From: Halomonas sp.
Lineage (GTDB): Bacteria > Pseudomonadota > Gammaproteobacteria > Pseudomonadales > Halomonadaceae
NCBI GenBank assembly: GCA_020832045.1
Contig: JAFIFK010000082.1
Coordinates: 27,072 to 91,071 of the forward strand
DNA: 64,000 nucleotides
Reading direction: 5' to 3'
The notes under the pieces are model-generated. The model did no database searches. It was not told the origin of the DNA and saw only the letters and a list, made by a program, of their open reading frames with translations. Positions 50,934 to 62,843 of this stretch are shown in pieces (position 1 is the first letter of the stretch; the number at the start of each line of letters is the position of its first letter). The translations under genes were made by a program, and so were the position numbers.

Positions 50934-53375
50934 CTACCCGTGGCTGACGAGCTGGAGCCTGTGCCTTAGCGCCGGATCGTAAAGCTCGCCGGTTCGCTGG
51001 GCGGCACTACGCAGCCGCTCATCGAACCACAGTTTCTCCTCCCGCTCCCAGATCCAGCCTTCGCCTTCCAGGCTGACGATGAGGCTGGCGAACAGCGTGC
51101 GGTCGAAAAATTCCGGTGCGTCGCGACCGGATAGCAGCGCCAGTCGCTCGGTCAGCTGCTGGCTACGTTCGGCCAGGGCTTCGCGCCCCAGCGTGCCGGG
51201 AGGCTGGGCCAGCAGAATGGCCAGCAGTAGGTAGCCGCGCTCCAGCGAAGGCTGCATCAGCCTCGCCAACAGCCGCAGCTGTTCGCCTGCTTCCAGCTCG
51301 CTGGGGCGCTGCCAGTTATCGTCCACGTACTCCAGCAAGCCCTCTTGGCATAGCGATTCGAGCATTACCGGCAGCGACACGGATAACTTCACCGGTGAGA
51401 GGAACAGCTCGCGGGCCAGTATCGGCCAGGCCGGTCCGAGCTGGGCATGCAGGCTGTCGAGGTCATGACGTCGGGCGTGGCGAAAGGCAAAGGCGGTCAG
51501 GCCCGCCAGGGCGAAGAGGTGCAGCACGTTGTTGCGATACCACACCAGCAGATTGGACTGCTCTTTCGTAGCGACCAGGATATCGCCCAGCGCATGTGGA
51601 CGACGCTCGATCATACCCAGCGACACCACCTGATCGATCCACGTCGAGGGGTCGCCCTGGGGCAGACTGGTATGTTCCCCGCCCGGGCAGTGGCGTTGCA
51701 GGGCGGCCAGCAGTCCGAGCTGACGCTTCATCAGGCTCACCTCGATGGCGTGATGAGGTGTCGCCAGCAGCGCCAGCGCCACCAGGTTGACCGGATTGAG
51801 TGCCGCCGCGCCGTTGATACGTCTGGCAAGTTCGTCGCCGAGTGCCGGAACTGCCCGGTTGAGCCAGGGCGGCTTTGCCTGACTGGCATCATCACGCCAG
51901 CCCATGGTGGTGTCGTCGAGGAAGGCGCCCAGGGACAACGGTTCACCGATGTTGACCGCCACCTTGCCGAACGGCTGGCGCAGTTGACCGATAACCCGCA
52001 GTAGGGCCCAGGGGCTCTCCTTGCGCTTCTTTCCGCCGCGCATTTCACGCTGATAGCTGGCGTTCTCGATGATGCGTTCATAGCCGATATAGACGGGAAT
52101 GAACGCGAGTCGGGGCGGGCTGGTGCCGGCGGCACTGCGCAGGTAGGAGCGTAGCGTCATCGATAGCATGCCGGGGCGGGGCGACAGCATGCGCCCACTG
52201 CGTGAACGGCCGCCTTCGATGAAATATTCCAGCGGGTGGCCACGCTCGAGCAGGCGGTGCAGATACTCGTTGAAGACGGCCGCATACAACGGCTTGTCGC
52301 GAAAGCTCCGGCGCATGAAGAAGGCACCGCCGCGGCGCAGCAGGGGGCCGACCAGCAGCATGTTGAGATTGCGTCCGGCGGCGACATGAGGCGGCATCAG
52401 GCCGTCGCGATACAGCACGTAGGAGAGCAGCAGATAATCGATATGGCTGCGATGGCAAGGCACGTAGACCAGCGTGTGGTCGCCGGCCAGGGCCTTGACC
52501 CGGTCCAGGCCCCGTACTTCGACGCCATCGTAGAGACGGTTCCACAGCCGCCTCAGCAAACCGTCCATGAAACGCAGCACCGGGAAGGTCATGTTCGAAG
52601 CGATTTCACGCCCATAGCGCAGGGCGCGTCGTTCCAGCCGTTCGACAGAGCGCTTCTCGCTCACCGCCAGCTCGCCGATCACCCGGCGCACTTCAGGGCT
52701 CGCGGCCACCCCCTCTATGAGAGTGCGGCGGTGGGAGAGGTCGGGGCCGAGCACCCGCGTGCGCATGCGCCGAAAGTGAATGCGCAGCAGCCTGGCCCCC
52801 TTACGGTTGGCCACGGCGGGCCCGCGTTCGTCGAGCAGGTCGCGCAGCTGCAGCGGCGCACCGAAATGTACCTCGACACTCTTGCCGTTTATCAGCACCG
52901 CAAGTCCCCGGCGTAGCCGCCCGGTGAGTTGCCAGCTGTCGGCTGCCAACAGCCGCCAGAAGCCAAAGCGCTTGCCGGGCGCGCGCCCCCAGAACACGCT
53001 CACCGGGAGGACCTGAATATCGGCTTCGTCATGCTCGGCGAGGTATTCCAGCGCCTGGCGGAAGGGCGCTTCAAAGGTACGCCCACGACGCCACAATCGC
53101 CGTGGCCTGACAGGCAGCGCCACGCTGGCAGGCAGTTCCAGGCCAGGCAGGCCGACTCTCGCCTGTGCCGGCGGCAAGCCATGACGCTGGCACAGAATTT
53201 CGAGCAGCAGAGCGTCGGAGAGTGCAGGGTGAGGAAATACGTAGAGCGTGGGCCGCGAAGGATCGAGGGCCAGTTCCGAGGGATCGGGTTCGATCATCCT
53301 GGGCTCAACCCAGGCCTTGAGAAAGCCCTTGAGCGGAGCGCGCAGCGCGTTGAGCAGAGATTGGGCCAGGGCCAT
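50934..53375 (-). CDS. plsB: Glycerol-3-phosphate acyltransferase
   Basis: CHRSHIDY (HX4D), GAFFMRR, FIEGGRSRSG, PVYIGYE. Confidence 0.95.
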   Translation of the reverse strand: MALAQSLLNALRAPLKGFLKAWVEPRMIEPDPSELALDPSRPTLYVFPHPALSDALLLEILCQRHGLPPAQARVGLPGLELPASVALPVRPRRLWRRGRTFEAPFRQALEYLAEHDEADIQVLPVSVFWGRAPGKRFGFWRLLAADSWQLTGRLRRGLAVLINGKSVEVHFGAPLQLRDLLDERGPAVANRKGARLLRIHFRRMRTRVLGPDLSHRRTLIEGVAASPEVRRVIGELAVSEKRSVERLERRALRYGREIASNMTFPVLRFMDGLLRRLWNRLYDGVEVRGLDRVKALAGDHTLVYVPCHRSHIDYLLLSYVLYRDGLMPPHVAAGRNLNMLLVGPLLRRGGAFFMRRSFRDKPLYAAVFNEYLHRLLERGHPLEYFIEGGRSRSGRMLSPRPGMLSMTLRSYLRSAAGTSPPRLAFIPVYIGYERIIENASYQREMRGGKKRKESPWALLRVIGQLRQPFGKVAVNIGEPLSLGAFLDDTTMGWRDDASQAKPPWLNRAVPALGDELARRINGAAALNPVNLVALALLATPHHAIEVSLMKRQLGLLAALQRHCPGGEHTSLPQGDPSTWIDQVVSLGMIERRPHALGDILVATKEQSNLLVWYRNNVLHLFALAGLTAFAFRHARRHDLDSLHAQLGPAWPILARELFLSPVKLSVSLPVMLESLCQEGLLEYVDDNWQRPSELEAGEQLRLLARLMQPSLERGYLLLAILLAQPPGTLGREALAERSQQLTERLALLSGRDAPEFFDRTLFASLIVSLEGEGWIWEREEKLWFDERLRSAAQRTGELYDPALRHRLQLVSHG

Positions 53376-53499
53376 CCGATTGCCTCGATATCGAATCAGG
53401 CCCCAGTATAGCCGTGCCCCCCGGCCCGGGTCAGGTGCGGCTTTCCCTGGCGCAGTAAACGTGCGTCAATCGAGCCAGACAGGGAGAGGGAGGCATGCC

Positions 53500-54621
53500 A
53501 TGCATGGGGTATGGCGGGACGGTAACCGGTTCGAGCTGCTGGCGGAGTCGTCGCGCTTCCTGCCGGCAATGTTCGTTGCCATCGAAGAGGCACGTCGCTC
53601 AATCCTCATCGAGCTTTACCTGATGGAGTCGGGCCGGCTGGCCACCGCGCTGATCGATGCGCTGTGTCGGGCCTCCGGTCGCGGCGTGTCGGTGGCGCTG
53701 ATGCTCGATGCTTACGGTGCCATGGGGCTTTCCGGAGAGGACCGGCGTCGCCTGGAGCAGGCCGGCGTGGCACTGCGCTTGTTCAATCCGCTGGGTATGC
53801 GTTCGCTGACGCGTAACCTGACCCGCGATCACCGCAAGCTGATGGTGATCGACGGCGGGGTGGCCTTCACCGGCGGTTTCGGCGCAGTCGACGAGTTCCT
53901 CGAGGCCTGGTACGAGGTGGCGATACGAATCGAGGGGCCCGTGGTGGCCGACTGGGTGCGGTTGTTCTCGCGACTGTGGGATTCGCCGCTGACGCGGGGC
54001 GCCGGCGAGGCGGCTCTGGTGCGCCATCTGGAACTCGAAGTCGCTCCACGCGACGACTATCAGAGCATGCGTGGCCGGGTGGTGTGGGGACAGGGCTATC
54101 GCTACCAGGCCATTCGCCATTCTCTTTATGAGCGGGTGTCGGCGGCGCAGCGCCGAATCTGGCTTTGCACACCCTACTTCGTCCCCACTTTACGCTTGCG
54201 CATGCGTCTGGCTCGGGCTGCCCGGCGCGGTGTCGACGTGCGGCTGCTGTTGCCCGGTCGGGACCACGACCACCCCTGGGTGCGCTATGCCGGCCAGCGT
54301 TTCTATCGACGTTTGCTGCGCGCCGGGGTGCGAATCTTCGAATTCCAGCCCACCTTCATTCACGCCAAGTTCTCGTTGGTGGACCAATGGTCGAGCCTGG
54401 GTTCGTGCAACTTCGATCACTGGAGCCTGCACTGGAACCTGGAGGCCAACCAGGAAGTGGACGATGCCCGTTTCGCCGGTGAGGTAGCGTCCCTGTTCGA
54501 GCGCAACTTTGCCGCCAGCAGCGAGATCACCTATCGCGAGTGGTTGCAGCGCCCGCGCTGGCAGCGTTTCAAGGAGTGGCTGTTCGGCAGTTTAGATGCC
54601 TGGCTGACACGGCTGAGGTGA
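53500..54621 (+). CDS. clsB: Cardiolipin-synthase-like phospholipase D (ClsB-type)
   Basis: Two HKD motifs (DHRKLMVID, IHAKFSLVD), TPYFVP, GSCNFD; GGAGG RBS. Confidence 0.75.
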   Translation: MHGVWRDGNRFELLAESSRFLPAMFVAIEEARRSILIELYLMESGRLATALIDALCRASGRGVSVALMLDAYGAMGLSGEDRRRLEQAGVALRLFNPLGMRSLTRNLTRDHRKLMVIDGGVAFTGGFGAVDEFLEAWYEVAIRIEGPVVADWVRLFSRLWDSPLTRGAGEAALVRHLELEVAPRDDYQSMRGRVVWGQGYRYQAIRHSLYERVSAAQRRIWLCTPYFVPTLRLRMRLARAARRGVDVRLLLPGRDHDHPWVRYAGQRFYRRLLRAGVRIFEFQPTFIHAKFSLVDQWSSLGSCNFDHWSLHWNLEANQEVDDARFAGEVASLFERNFAASSEITYREWLQRPRWQRFKEWLFGSLDAWLTRLR

Positions 54622-54670
54622 GGGGCTATTGCGCTCATGGCGCCCCTTCTCGATGTCGCTAATCAAAAGA

Positions 54671-55333
54671 CTACCGCTTGCCGCCGGGCTTGACCTTGCC
54701 GGGGCCACGGCCGGCAGGCTTTTTCTTGCGCGGCATGGGTTTGGGGGTCTCGGGCGGCACGCGGTAATGCAGATAGAGGTCCAACACCAGGTCCGGCAGT
54801 TGGGTGACCAGCGACTCCAGGCGCGCCGTGTCCGCCGCCATCTCGGCCATGTCCGGTTCGTCGTCGAACAGCCCGGATAGCGCCATGAACGGTAGCAGCA
54901 GCGTGGCTACGGTCTCTTCGTCCTGCTCGAACCAGGCCGCCTCATCGAGAAAGACGCCCTCCATGAAGCCGGCGCACCAGTCGCCGACCGGCGTCTCCTC
55001 GGGCGGCAGCCCTTCCAGCGTCAGGTCGAAGGGAAGTTCAGGCAGCCCTCCCTGCTCCAGCGTGTCGATCCCGTTGCGACGCAGCTTTTCCAATAAACCC
55101 AGGATTTCTTCGCGTTCGCCGGCGTCAGTAAACGCCGGTTCGCCGTGAAACAGCTCGGCCACCCAGGTGGCGGATTCCATCTCGCGCGGCGCCACGGCAA
55201 GCGCGACGAGAAAGCCATGGGCCGAGATCAGATCCAGCGCATCGGCATCGACGCTCTCGGAGTCGAGGAACTCATCGAGGCGATCGAGCTCGTCATCCTC
55301 GAGCAGGGGCTGGGGCAGGGGAGTATCGGACAT
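54671..55333 (-). CDS. YecA/UPF0149-family protein
   Basis: HGFLVALAVAP, WCAGFMEGV; acidic; no C-terminal SEC-C motif. Confidence 0.75.
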   Translation of the reverse strand: MSDTPLPQPLLEDDELDRLDEFLDSESVDADALDLISAHGFLVALAVAPREMESATWVAELFHGEPAFTDAGEREEILGLLEKLRRNGIDTLEQGGLPELPFDLTLEGLPPEETPVGDWCAGFMEGVFLDEAAWFEQDEETVATLLLPFMALSGLFDDEPDMAEMAADTARLESLVTQLPDLVLDLYLHYRVPPETPKPMPRKKKPAGRGPGKVKPGGKR

Positions 55334-55416
55334 CGGGACTCTCGCATGGCATCGTGAAGGCGGTGTGGCCGCTCAGGGGCTGGACACCGCCGTGGCGGGA
55401 CGTCATTTTAGCACCC

Positions 55417-55986
55417 ATGAGACGACCCGTGCTTCCCGAACCCTCCCCCGAACGGCTGGCCGGCCTCGACGACGCAGCCCTCCACCAGGCTCTGCTGGAG
55501 CGGGTGGAAGCAGCCTGGAAGCTATGTCGCGGCTACCATCCCGAGCTGCCCAAGCCCAAGGTTTGGTGCGACCTGCGTGGCAAGAGCGCCGGCCAGGCGC
55601 ACTATGGCCGGGGTGGGCTGCGCTTCAATCCAGTGCTCTTGCGCGAGAATCGCTGTGCATTTCTGAGCGAGGTCGTACCGCATGAAATGGCGCACTGGCT
55701 GGTCCGTCACCTGAGCGACGGTCACAAGGCCAGGCCCCATGGGCACGAATGGCGTACCGTAATGGAGAGACTGTTCGGCCTCGCTGCCAATGTGACGCAC
55801 AGCTTCGATACCGGCCGGGCGAGCCCCAGGCCGCATCGTTATCACTGCGGCTGCCAGGCGCACTTCTTCACGTCCCGACGCCATTCCCTGGTCCACAACG
55901 GGCGCAGCTATCGCTGTCTTGCATGCGCTCAGACCTTGGTCTATCAGCCCTTTGTAGCGCATGAAGAGGGTGCTACAAATGTATGA
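55417..55986 (+). CDS. sprT: SprT-family zinc metalloprotease
   Basis: LRGKSAGQA, LRFNPVLL, PHEMAH, PHGHEW, Y.CGC...Y.CLAC. Confidence 0.85.
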   Translation: MRRPVLPEPSPERLAGLDDAALHQALLERVEAAWKLCRGYHPELPKPKVWCDLRGKSAGQAHYGRGGLRFNPVLLRENRCAFLSEVVPHEMAHWLVRHLSDGHKARPHGHEWRTVMERLFGLAANVTHSFDTGRASPRPHRYHCGCQAHFFTSRRHSLVHNGRSYRCLACAQTLVYQPFVAHEEGATNV

Positions 55987-56137
55987 TTACAAAAGAAAAA
56001 ACCGTGATACCAAGGTCTAAGGGGAAGGCCTGTCCTGAGGGTATATGCTGTTGGGCGAATCTGATGCCGGCGCATTCAATAACAAGGCAGCCGGTAACAT
56101 CCACCGAGAGGGTGTATCTCCTGGAAGAGGCCAGCCA

Positions 56138-58087
<1,950 letters not shown>

Positions 58088-58094
58088 TAAAACC

Positions 58095-58117
58095 GCCGGC
58101 CTTCGGGCCGGCTTTTT
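58095..58117 (+). terminator. Terminator after acs
   Basis: GCCGGCC-TTCG-GGCCGGC-TTTTT. Confidence 0.85.
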
Positions 58118-58121
58118 CGTT

Positions 58122-59267
58122 TCAGCCGGCGGCGGCGATGGCCTTGGCCAGTTCGGCCTTGGTCATGCGGCTGCGACCGGGAAGGTCGAGCTTCTTGGCG
58201 CGCTCGTAGAGTTCCTCACGTGAGAGGGTGTCCAGCTTGGCGACGCGGCGCTTGCCCGATGGCGGCTTCTTCTCTGAATGGCGCTTGGGTGAAGGCTTGC
58301 GTTCAACCGATTTGCCTTTCTTACCGGCAGGGCCGGTGTCACTGCGAGCTTCCTGCCCGGGTGGGCGGCCTTCGGCCAGGCTCTGCTTGAGTACCTGCAT
58401 TAGATCGATCACTTCGCCGCCCTGTTCCGGCTCGACGTCGGGTTCGCGCTCATCCTCACCCAAGGCGATGACATCCTCACCGCGCTCCAGCTTCTCCTCG
58501 GCTCGCGCGACGATTCGCTGGCTCTGCAGGTCCTGAAGCTCTTCGCGCTCGAAGTCATCTTCCGCTAAAGCTTCGATGGCCCTTTGCATGGCCTTGACTC
58601 GCTGCTTGTCGGGTTTGGTTGATTCGGGCAGAGCGATGTCCTCGGGGGCACGTATTTCCTCGGCAAAGCGCAGCGTCTCGGCACGCAGGATACCCTTTTC
58701 GGCAATGATCGCGACCAAGTACTCCTTGCCGCGCATGACGAAAGTGGCGATACCGGCTCGCCCAGCGGCCTCCATGCTTTGGGCCAGCAGGCGGTAGGCC
58801 TTGGTCACCCCCTTGTCGGGTGTCATGAAATAGGCGCGCTGGAAATACATCGGATCGATCTCGTCGAGGCCGACGAAGCGCTTGAGATCGATCTCCTGTG
58901 ATTTTTCCGGGGCCAGCGAGTCGAATTCCCGGTCCTCCACCACCACGAACTCGTTCTTCTCGACTTCGTAGCCGCGCACCAGTTCGTCGTAATCGAGCAC
59001 GCGCTCCTCCTTCTCGCAGAAGTAGCGTCTGGCCAGCGGCGTGCCCTGCGCATCGACCATACGCAGCGACACCGGCTTGGGCCGATTGGCCGGGTAGAGG
59101 TTGACCGGCAGGCTGACCAGCCCGAAGGTGATAGTGCCCGACCACAGCGGGCGTGGGCCGCTGGCGTGGAAGCGCTTCTTCTCTTCGCCTTGAGCCGACT
59201 CGTCCTTCTCCTTGGTCTTGCGTTTGTCCTTCGGCTTGGGCTTGGCTTTCGATGTTGGGCTAGGCAC
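58122..59267 (-). CDS. ku: Ku protein with a Lys-rich N-terminal extension and a C-terminal Rho_N/HeH-like domain
   Basis: LWSGTITFGLVSLPV, RGYEVEK, IDPMYFQRAYFM, VIDLMQVLKQSL; tail LSREELYERAKKLDLPGRSRMTKAELAKAI. Confidence 0.92.
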   Translation of the reverse strand: MPSPTSKAKPKPKDKRKTKEKDESAQGEEKKRFHASGPRPLWSGTITFGLVSLPVNLYPANRPKPVSLRMVDAQGTPLARRYFCEKEERVLDYDELVRGYEVEKNEFVVVEDREFDSLAPEKSQEIDLKRFVGLDEIDPMYFQRAYFMTPDKGVTKAYRLLAQSMEAAGRAGIATFVMRGKEYLVAIIAEKGILRAETLRFAEEIRAPEDIALPESTKPDKQRVKAMQRAIEALAEDDFEREELQDLQSQRIVARAEEKLERGEDVIALGEDEREPDVEPEQGGEVIDLMQVLKQSLAEGRPPGQEARSDTGPAGKKGKSVERKPSPKRHSEKKPPSGKRRVAKLDTLSREELYERAKKLDLPGRSRMTKAELAKAIAAAG

Positions 59268-60036
59268 GCTTACGCTCCTTCTTGAGGCTGGCCTCGAGCG
59301 CCTTCGATAAGTCGTCGGAAGCTTCGCGGCGGCGAATCGGCGTGACCTTGACGCTCTTGCCGCGTCGCTTCGCCTCGATCAGCTCCAGTACCCGCTCACG
59401 ATACTCGTCGTGGTACTCCTCGGGATCGAACTCAGCTTCCAGCATGCCGATCAGTTGCCGTGCCATGTCGAGCTCCTTGGCGTCCAATGCCTTGCCCTTG
59501 GGTGGCTCCAATGAATCCGCCGGAACCACCTGCTCCTCGTGGCGAAGCGACATCAGCATGGGCACACCGCGATGCAGTCGCAGGGCACCGACGTAGCTCT
59601 TCTTGCGCATGACCCAGCGTGCCAGGCCTTCCTTGCCACTGTTGCCCAGTGCTTCGGTAAGGGCGAAGTAGAGCGATTCGCTGCCATCAGGGCCGAGATA
59701 ATAAGGCCGGTCGTACCAGCGATGATCGATGATTTGGGGTGACATAAAGCGGATCACCTCGATGTCTCGGCCCGACTCCGGTTCCAACGCTTCGAGCTCC
59801 TCCTTGTCGAACACCACCAGACTGCCTTCATCGGTACGGTAGGCTCGGCGAGTATCGGCGTAGGGTACGACCTCGTCGGTTTCAGGATTGACCATGGCCT
59901 GTTTTACAGGCGAGCGATCCTTCTCGTGCAGCAGGCGGAAATGCACGCTGCGGTCCTGGACCGCCGAGTAGAGCTTGACCGGAACCTGGACCTCGCCGAA
60001 GCGGATCACGCCCTTCCACATCGCTCGGGCCGCCAT
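59260..60036 (-). CDS. ku: Ku protein (minimal core)
   Basis: AMWKGVIRFGEVQVPVKLYSA, WYDRPYYLGP, FDPEEYHDEYR, DLSKALEASL. Confidence 0.9.
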   Translation of the reverse strand: MAARAMWKGVIRFGEVQVPVKLYSAVQDRSVHFRLLHEKDRSPVKQAMVNPETDEVVPYADTRRAYRTDEGSLVVFDKEELEALEPESGRDIEVIRFMSPQIIDHRWYDRPYYLGPDGSESLYFALTEALGNSGKEGLARWVMRKKSYVGALRLHRGVPMLMSLRHEEQVVPADSLEPPKGKALDAKELDMARQLIGMLEAEFDPEEYHDEYRERVLELIEAKRRGKSVKVTPIRRREASDDLSKALEASLKKERKRA

Positions 60037-60254
60037 CAGTTTTCCTCCTGCTGGGCGGTACCTTCGTCACGGTGCGCTTCGTCGTGACAGTCGGGACACA
60101 CCGTATCACGGCTCTCGAAGCGCGCCGCCACGCACGACGGGCAGATCGGCCTGTCGCAATAAATGCAGTGGTAGCCCGCCTCGTAATAGAAGGTTCGGTG
60201 GCAGAACTGGCAGGTCTCGGGTCCGGATTCAAGCCACCAGGGCGCTTCGCTCAT
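60036..60254 (-). CDS. 72-aa Cys-rich (4x CxxC) putative zinc-binding protein
   Basis: CQFC, CIYC, CPSC, CPDC; AAGGA RBS; 27 bp after the ligD stop; TGATG coupling to ku. Confidence 0.8.
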   Translation of the reverse strand: MSEAPWWLESGPETCQFCHRTFYYEAGYHCIYCDRPICPSCVAARFESRDTVCPDCHDEAHRDEGTAQQEEN

Positions 60255-60281
60255 GTCCTTTCCCTCGCTTCTTGCTGCGGC

Positions 60282-62843
60282 CTACTTCACGCCGACGCGC
60301 TTGAGCAGGTCGGCGTCCAGGGGGCGCGCCGCCTCGGCGAAGTCCGCCCAGGGGTCCTGACGGAGAGCCGAGAGCCGACGGCGCAGGTTTTCGACGTTGT
60401 AGCGATCGGCACGCAGCGCGGCATTGAGCTCATCCCAGCGAATCGGTACCGCCACCGGGGCGTTCTCGCGGGCACGCACCGTGTAGGAGGCGACTGCCGT
60501 GGCGCCACGGCCGTTGCGCAGGTAGTCGATGAAAATGCGCCCCTCGCGCTTGGCCTTGGACATATTGGTGGTCAGTCGCTGAGGGTCGTCCTTGGCGTGG
60601 GCTTCGGCGACTCCCTTGGCGAAGGCTTTGGCCTTGTCCCATTCGGCGGCGGGCTCGATCGGCACCACAAGATGCAGCCCCTTGCCGCCGGTAGTGCGCA
60701 CGAAGGGTGTGAGCCCCAGCGACTCGAGACGCTCGCGCAGGGTGCCGGCGACACGCAGAATTTCCTTCCACGCCATCCCTTCGTCCGGGTCGAGATCGAA
60801 CACCAGGTTGTCGGGCTGCTCGAGATGGTCGATGCGGCTGCCCCAGGGGTGGATCTCGAGGGCACCGGCTTGTACCAGTCCCACGAGGTCGGCGGCGGTT
60901 TCGACATAGACGTACTCGGCGCTGCCCTTCTTCTCGGGCACGTCAATGCGCGGCACGCTGTCGGGAATGGCGCTGCGCGGGTGTTTCTGAAAGAAGCATT
61001 CGTCGTTGCGCCCTTGGGGGCATCGCACCAGCGACAGCGGCCGCCTGATCAGGTGGGGTAGGACCCACTCCTGAATCTGGTCGTAGAAGCGGGCCAGGTC
61101 GAGCTTGGTCAGGCCCTGCTCGGGAAACAGAACGCGGTCGGGGCTGGTGATGCGCACCCCGAGCAATGAGGTCTCGTCCTTGCGCTTGCGAGGCGGTGCC
61201 TTATCCGCCTTGCTATCCTTTTCCGGCGCGATGTCTGCGGCCTTTTCCTTCGTCGGGGTCATGCGTATCTCCTCAGGGTTGCGATCCTCACGCAGGCCAC
61301 GAAAGGCGGGATGGCGCAGACGGCCGTCGCGCGTACGCTCGGTGAACTCCACTTCGATTACCAGCTCGGGGCGCACCCAGTGTGCCGAGCGGCTGTCTGG
61401 CACCTGGCCATGGAAGGGCGAACGCTTCACTTCGAGCTCCTCAAGGGTTGCGCTCAGCTGCTCGAGCAGGCGATGGTTGAAACCGGTGCCGACACGGCCG
61501 GCATAGACCAGCCCCTCCTTGCCGTAAGCGCCCATCAGCAGCGAGCCGAAGCCGCTACGCGAGCCGCCGGGCTCGGTGTAGCCACCGACCACGAACTCCT
61601 CATGGCTGACGCATTTCACCTTTAGCCAATCACGGCTGCGCTTCTGCTGATAGCGGCTGTCGGCTCGCTTGGAGATGATTCCCTCCAGCCCCATGTGGCA
61701 GGCACGTTCGTGGAAAGCTTCGCCCTGAGAGTCGATATGGTCGGAGTAGCGGATGGTGTCCGATGTCATTTCCGCCGCCTCGAGCAGCGAAGCGAGCGTG
61801 CGTTTGCGTTCCAGCAGTTCGACGCTCGAAAGGTCATGGCCCTCGAGGTAGGGCAAGTCGAAGACCTGAAACACGAGAGAGGAGGTACGCCCGTTGGAGA
61901 GTGCTTCCTGGAGTTCGCCGAAACGGCTGATGCCGTCCTTGCCCATGGCCACCACCTCGCCGTCCAGCACCCCTGTGTCAATTGGAAGCGCCTTCAGCGA
62001 TCGGGCGATATCGGGGAAGCGGTGAGTCCAGTCCTTGCCGTTGCGGGTGAACAAGTGAACTTCGCCTTTTTCCAGGCGGGCGAGCAGGCGATAGCCGTCG
62101 AACTTGATTTCGTGAATCCACTTCCCCTTATCGGGAACCCCTCGGGCCAGCGTGGCCAATTGAGGCTTCACGTCACGGGGCAGCTTGGCCTTGCGAGCGC
62201 CTTCGAGGCCCTTCGAGTCGGGTGGCGCAACAGGATCAGTCTGAACCGTATCCTCGGTCGTGCCCCAGGTATTGTCTCGGTCCTCGGCAATTTCCTGCAT
62301 GCTGCGGCCGCTGACGATACTTTCATCGAGGTCGACCGTCAGCGCGGCGTCCATGCATGGCTTGTCGTCATGGCGTTTGATCAGCAGCCAGTTGCGCCCA
62401 TGCTTGTCCTGACGCTTGCCGCTCATGCGAGTCAGGGTCCAACTGCCCTTGAGCCGCTCGCCGTCGAGCTCGATATCGATACGATCCTGTTTGGGGCGGC
62501 CCTTGATCCGCCAGGTGCCGCGATCCCACAGCATCACGGTTCCACCGCCGTAGGATTTTTCGGGGATGATGCCCTCGAATCCGCCATACTCCAGCGGGTG
62601 GTCTTCCACTTCTACGGCCAAACGTTTCTCACCGGGCTCGAGGCTCGGCCCCTTGGGCAGCGCCCAGCTACGCAGCACACCCTCCTGCTCCAGACGCAGG
62701 TCGAAGTGGTCATGGCTCGCCGCGTGCTTGTGCATCACATAGGCATCACCCTTCGATGCCGCCGTGGCGTTCCCGCCGGCTGGCTCTCGGGTGCGCTTGA
62801 AATCCCGTTTGCGGCGATACTCCTTGAGTTTCTCCATCGGCAT
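60282..62843 (-). CDS. ligD: NHEJ DNA ligase D (phosphoesterase-ligase-polymerase)
   Basis: PE: KHAASHDHFDLRLE, SWALPKGP; LIG: HEIKFDGYR, EGIISKR, WLKVK; POL: VRCPQG, FDLDPD, TTGGKGLH, IFIDYLRN. Confidence 0.97.
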   Translation of the reverse strand: MPMEKLKEYRRKRDFKRTREPAGGNATAASKGDAYVMHKHAASHDHFDLRLEQEGVLRSWALPKGPSLEPGEKRLAVEVEDHPLEYGGFEGIIPEKSYGGGTVMLWDRGTWRIKGRPKQDRIDIELDGERLKGSWTLTRMSGKRQDKHGRNWLLIKRHDDKPCMDAALTVDLDESIVSGRSMQEIAEDRDNTWGTTEDTVQTDPVAPPDSKGLEGARKAKLPRDVKPQLATLARGVPDKGKWIHEIKFDGYRLLARLEKGEVHLFTRNGKDWTHRFPDIARSLKALPIDTGVLDGEVVAMGKDGISRFGELQEALSNGRTSSLVFQVFDLPYLEGHDLSSVELLERKRTLASLLEAAEMTSDTIRYSDHIDSQGEAFHERACHMGLEGIISKRADSRYQQKRSRDWLKVKCVSHEEFVVGGYTEPGGSRSGFGSLLMGAYGKEGLVYAGRVGTGFNHRLLEQLSATLEELEVKRSPFHGQVPDSRSAHWVRPELVIEVEFTERTRDGRLRHPAFRGLREDRNPEEIRMTPTKEKAADIAPEKDSKADKAPPRKRKDETSLLGVRITSPDRVLFPEQGLTKLDLARFYDQIQEWVLPHLIRRPLSLVRCPQGRNDECFFQKHPRSAIPDSVPRIDVPEKKGSAEYVYVETAADLVGLVQAGALEIHPWGSRIDHLEQPDNLVFDLDPDEGMAWKEILRVAGTLRERLESLGLTPFVRTTGGKGLHLVVPIEPAAEWDKAKAFAKGVAEAHAKDDPQRLTTNMSKAKREGRIFIDYLRNGRGATAVASYTVRARENAPVAVPIRWDELNAALRADRYNVENLRRRLSALRQDPWADFAEAARPLDADLLKRVGVK

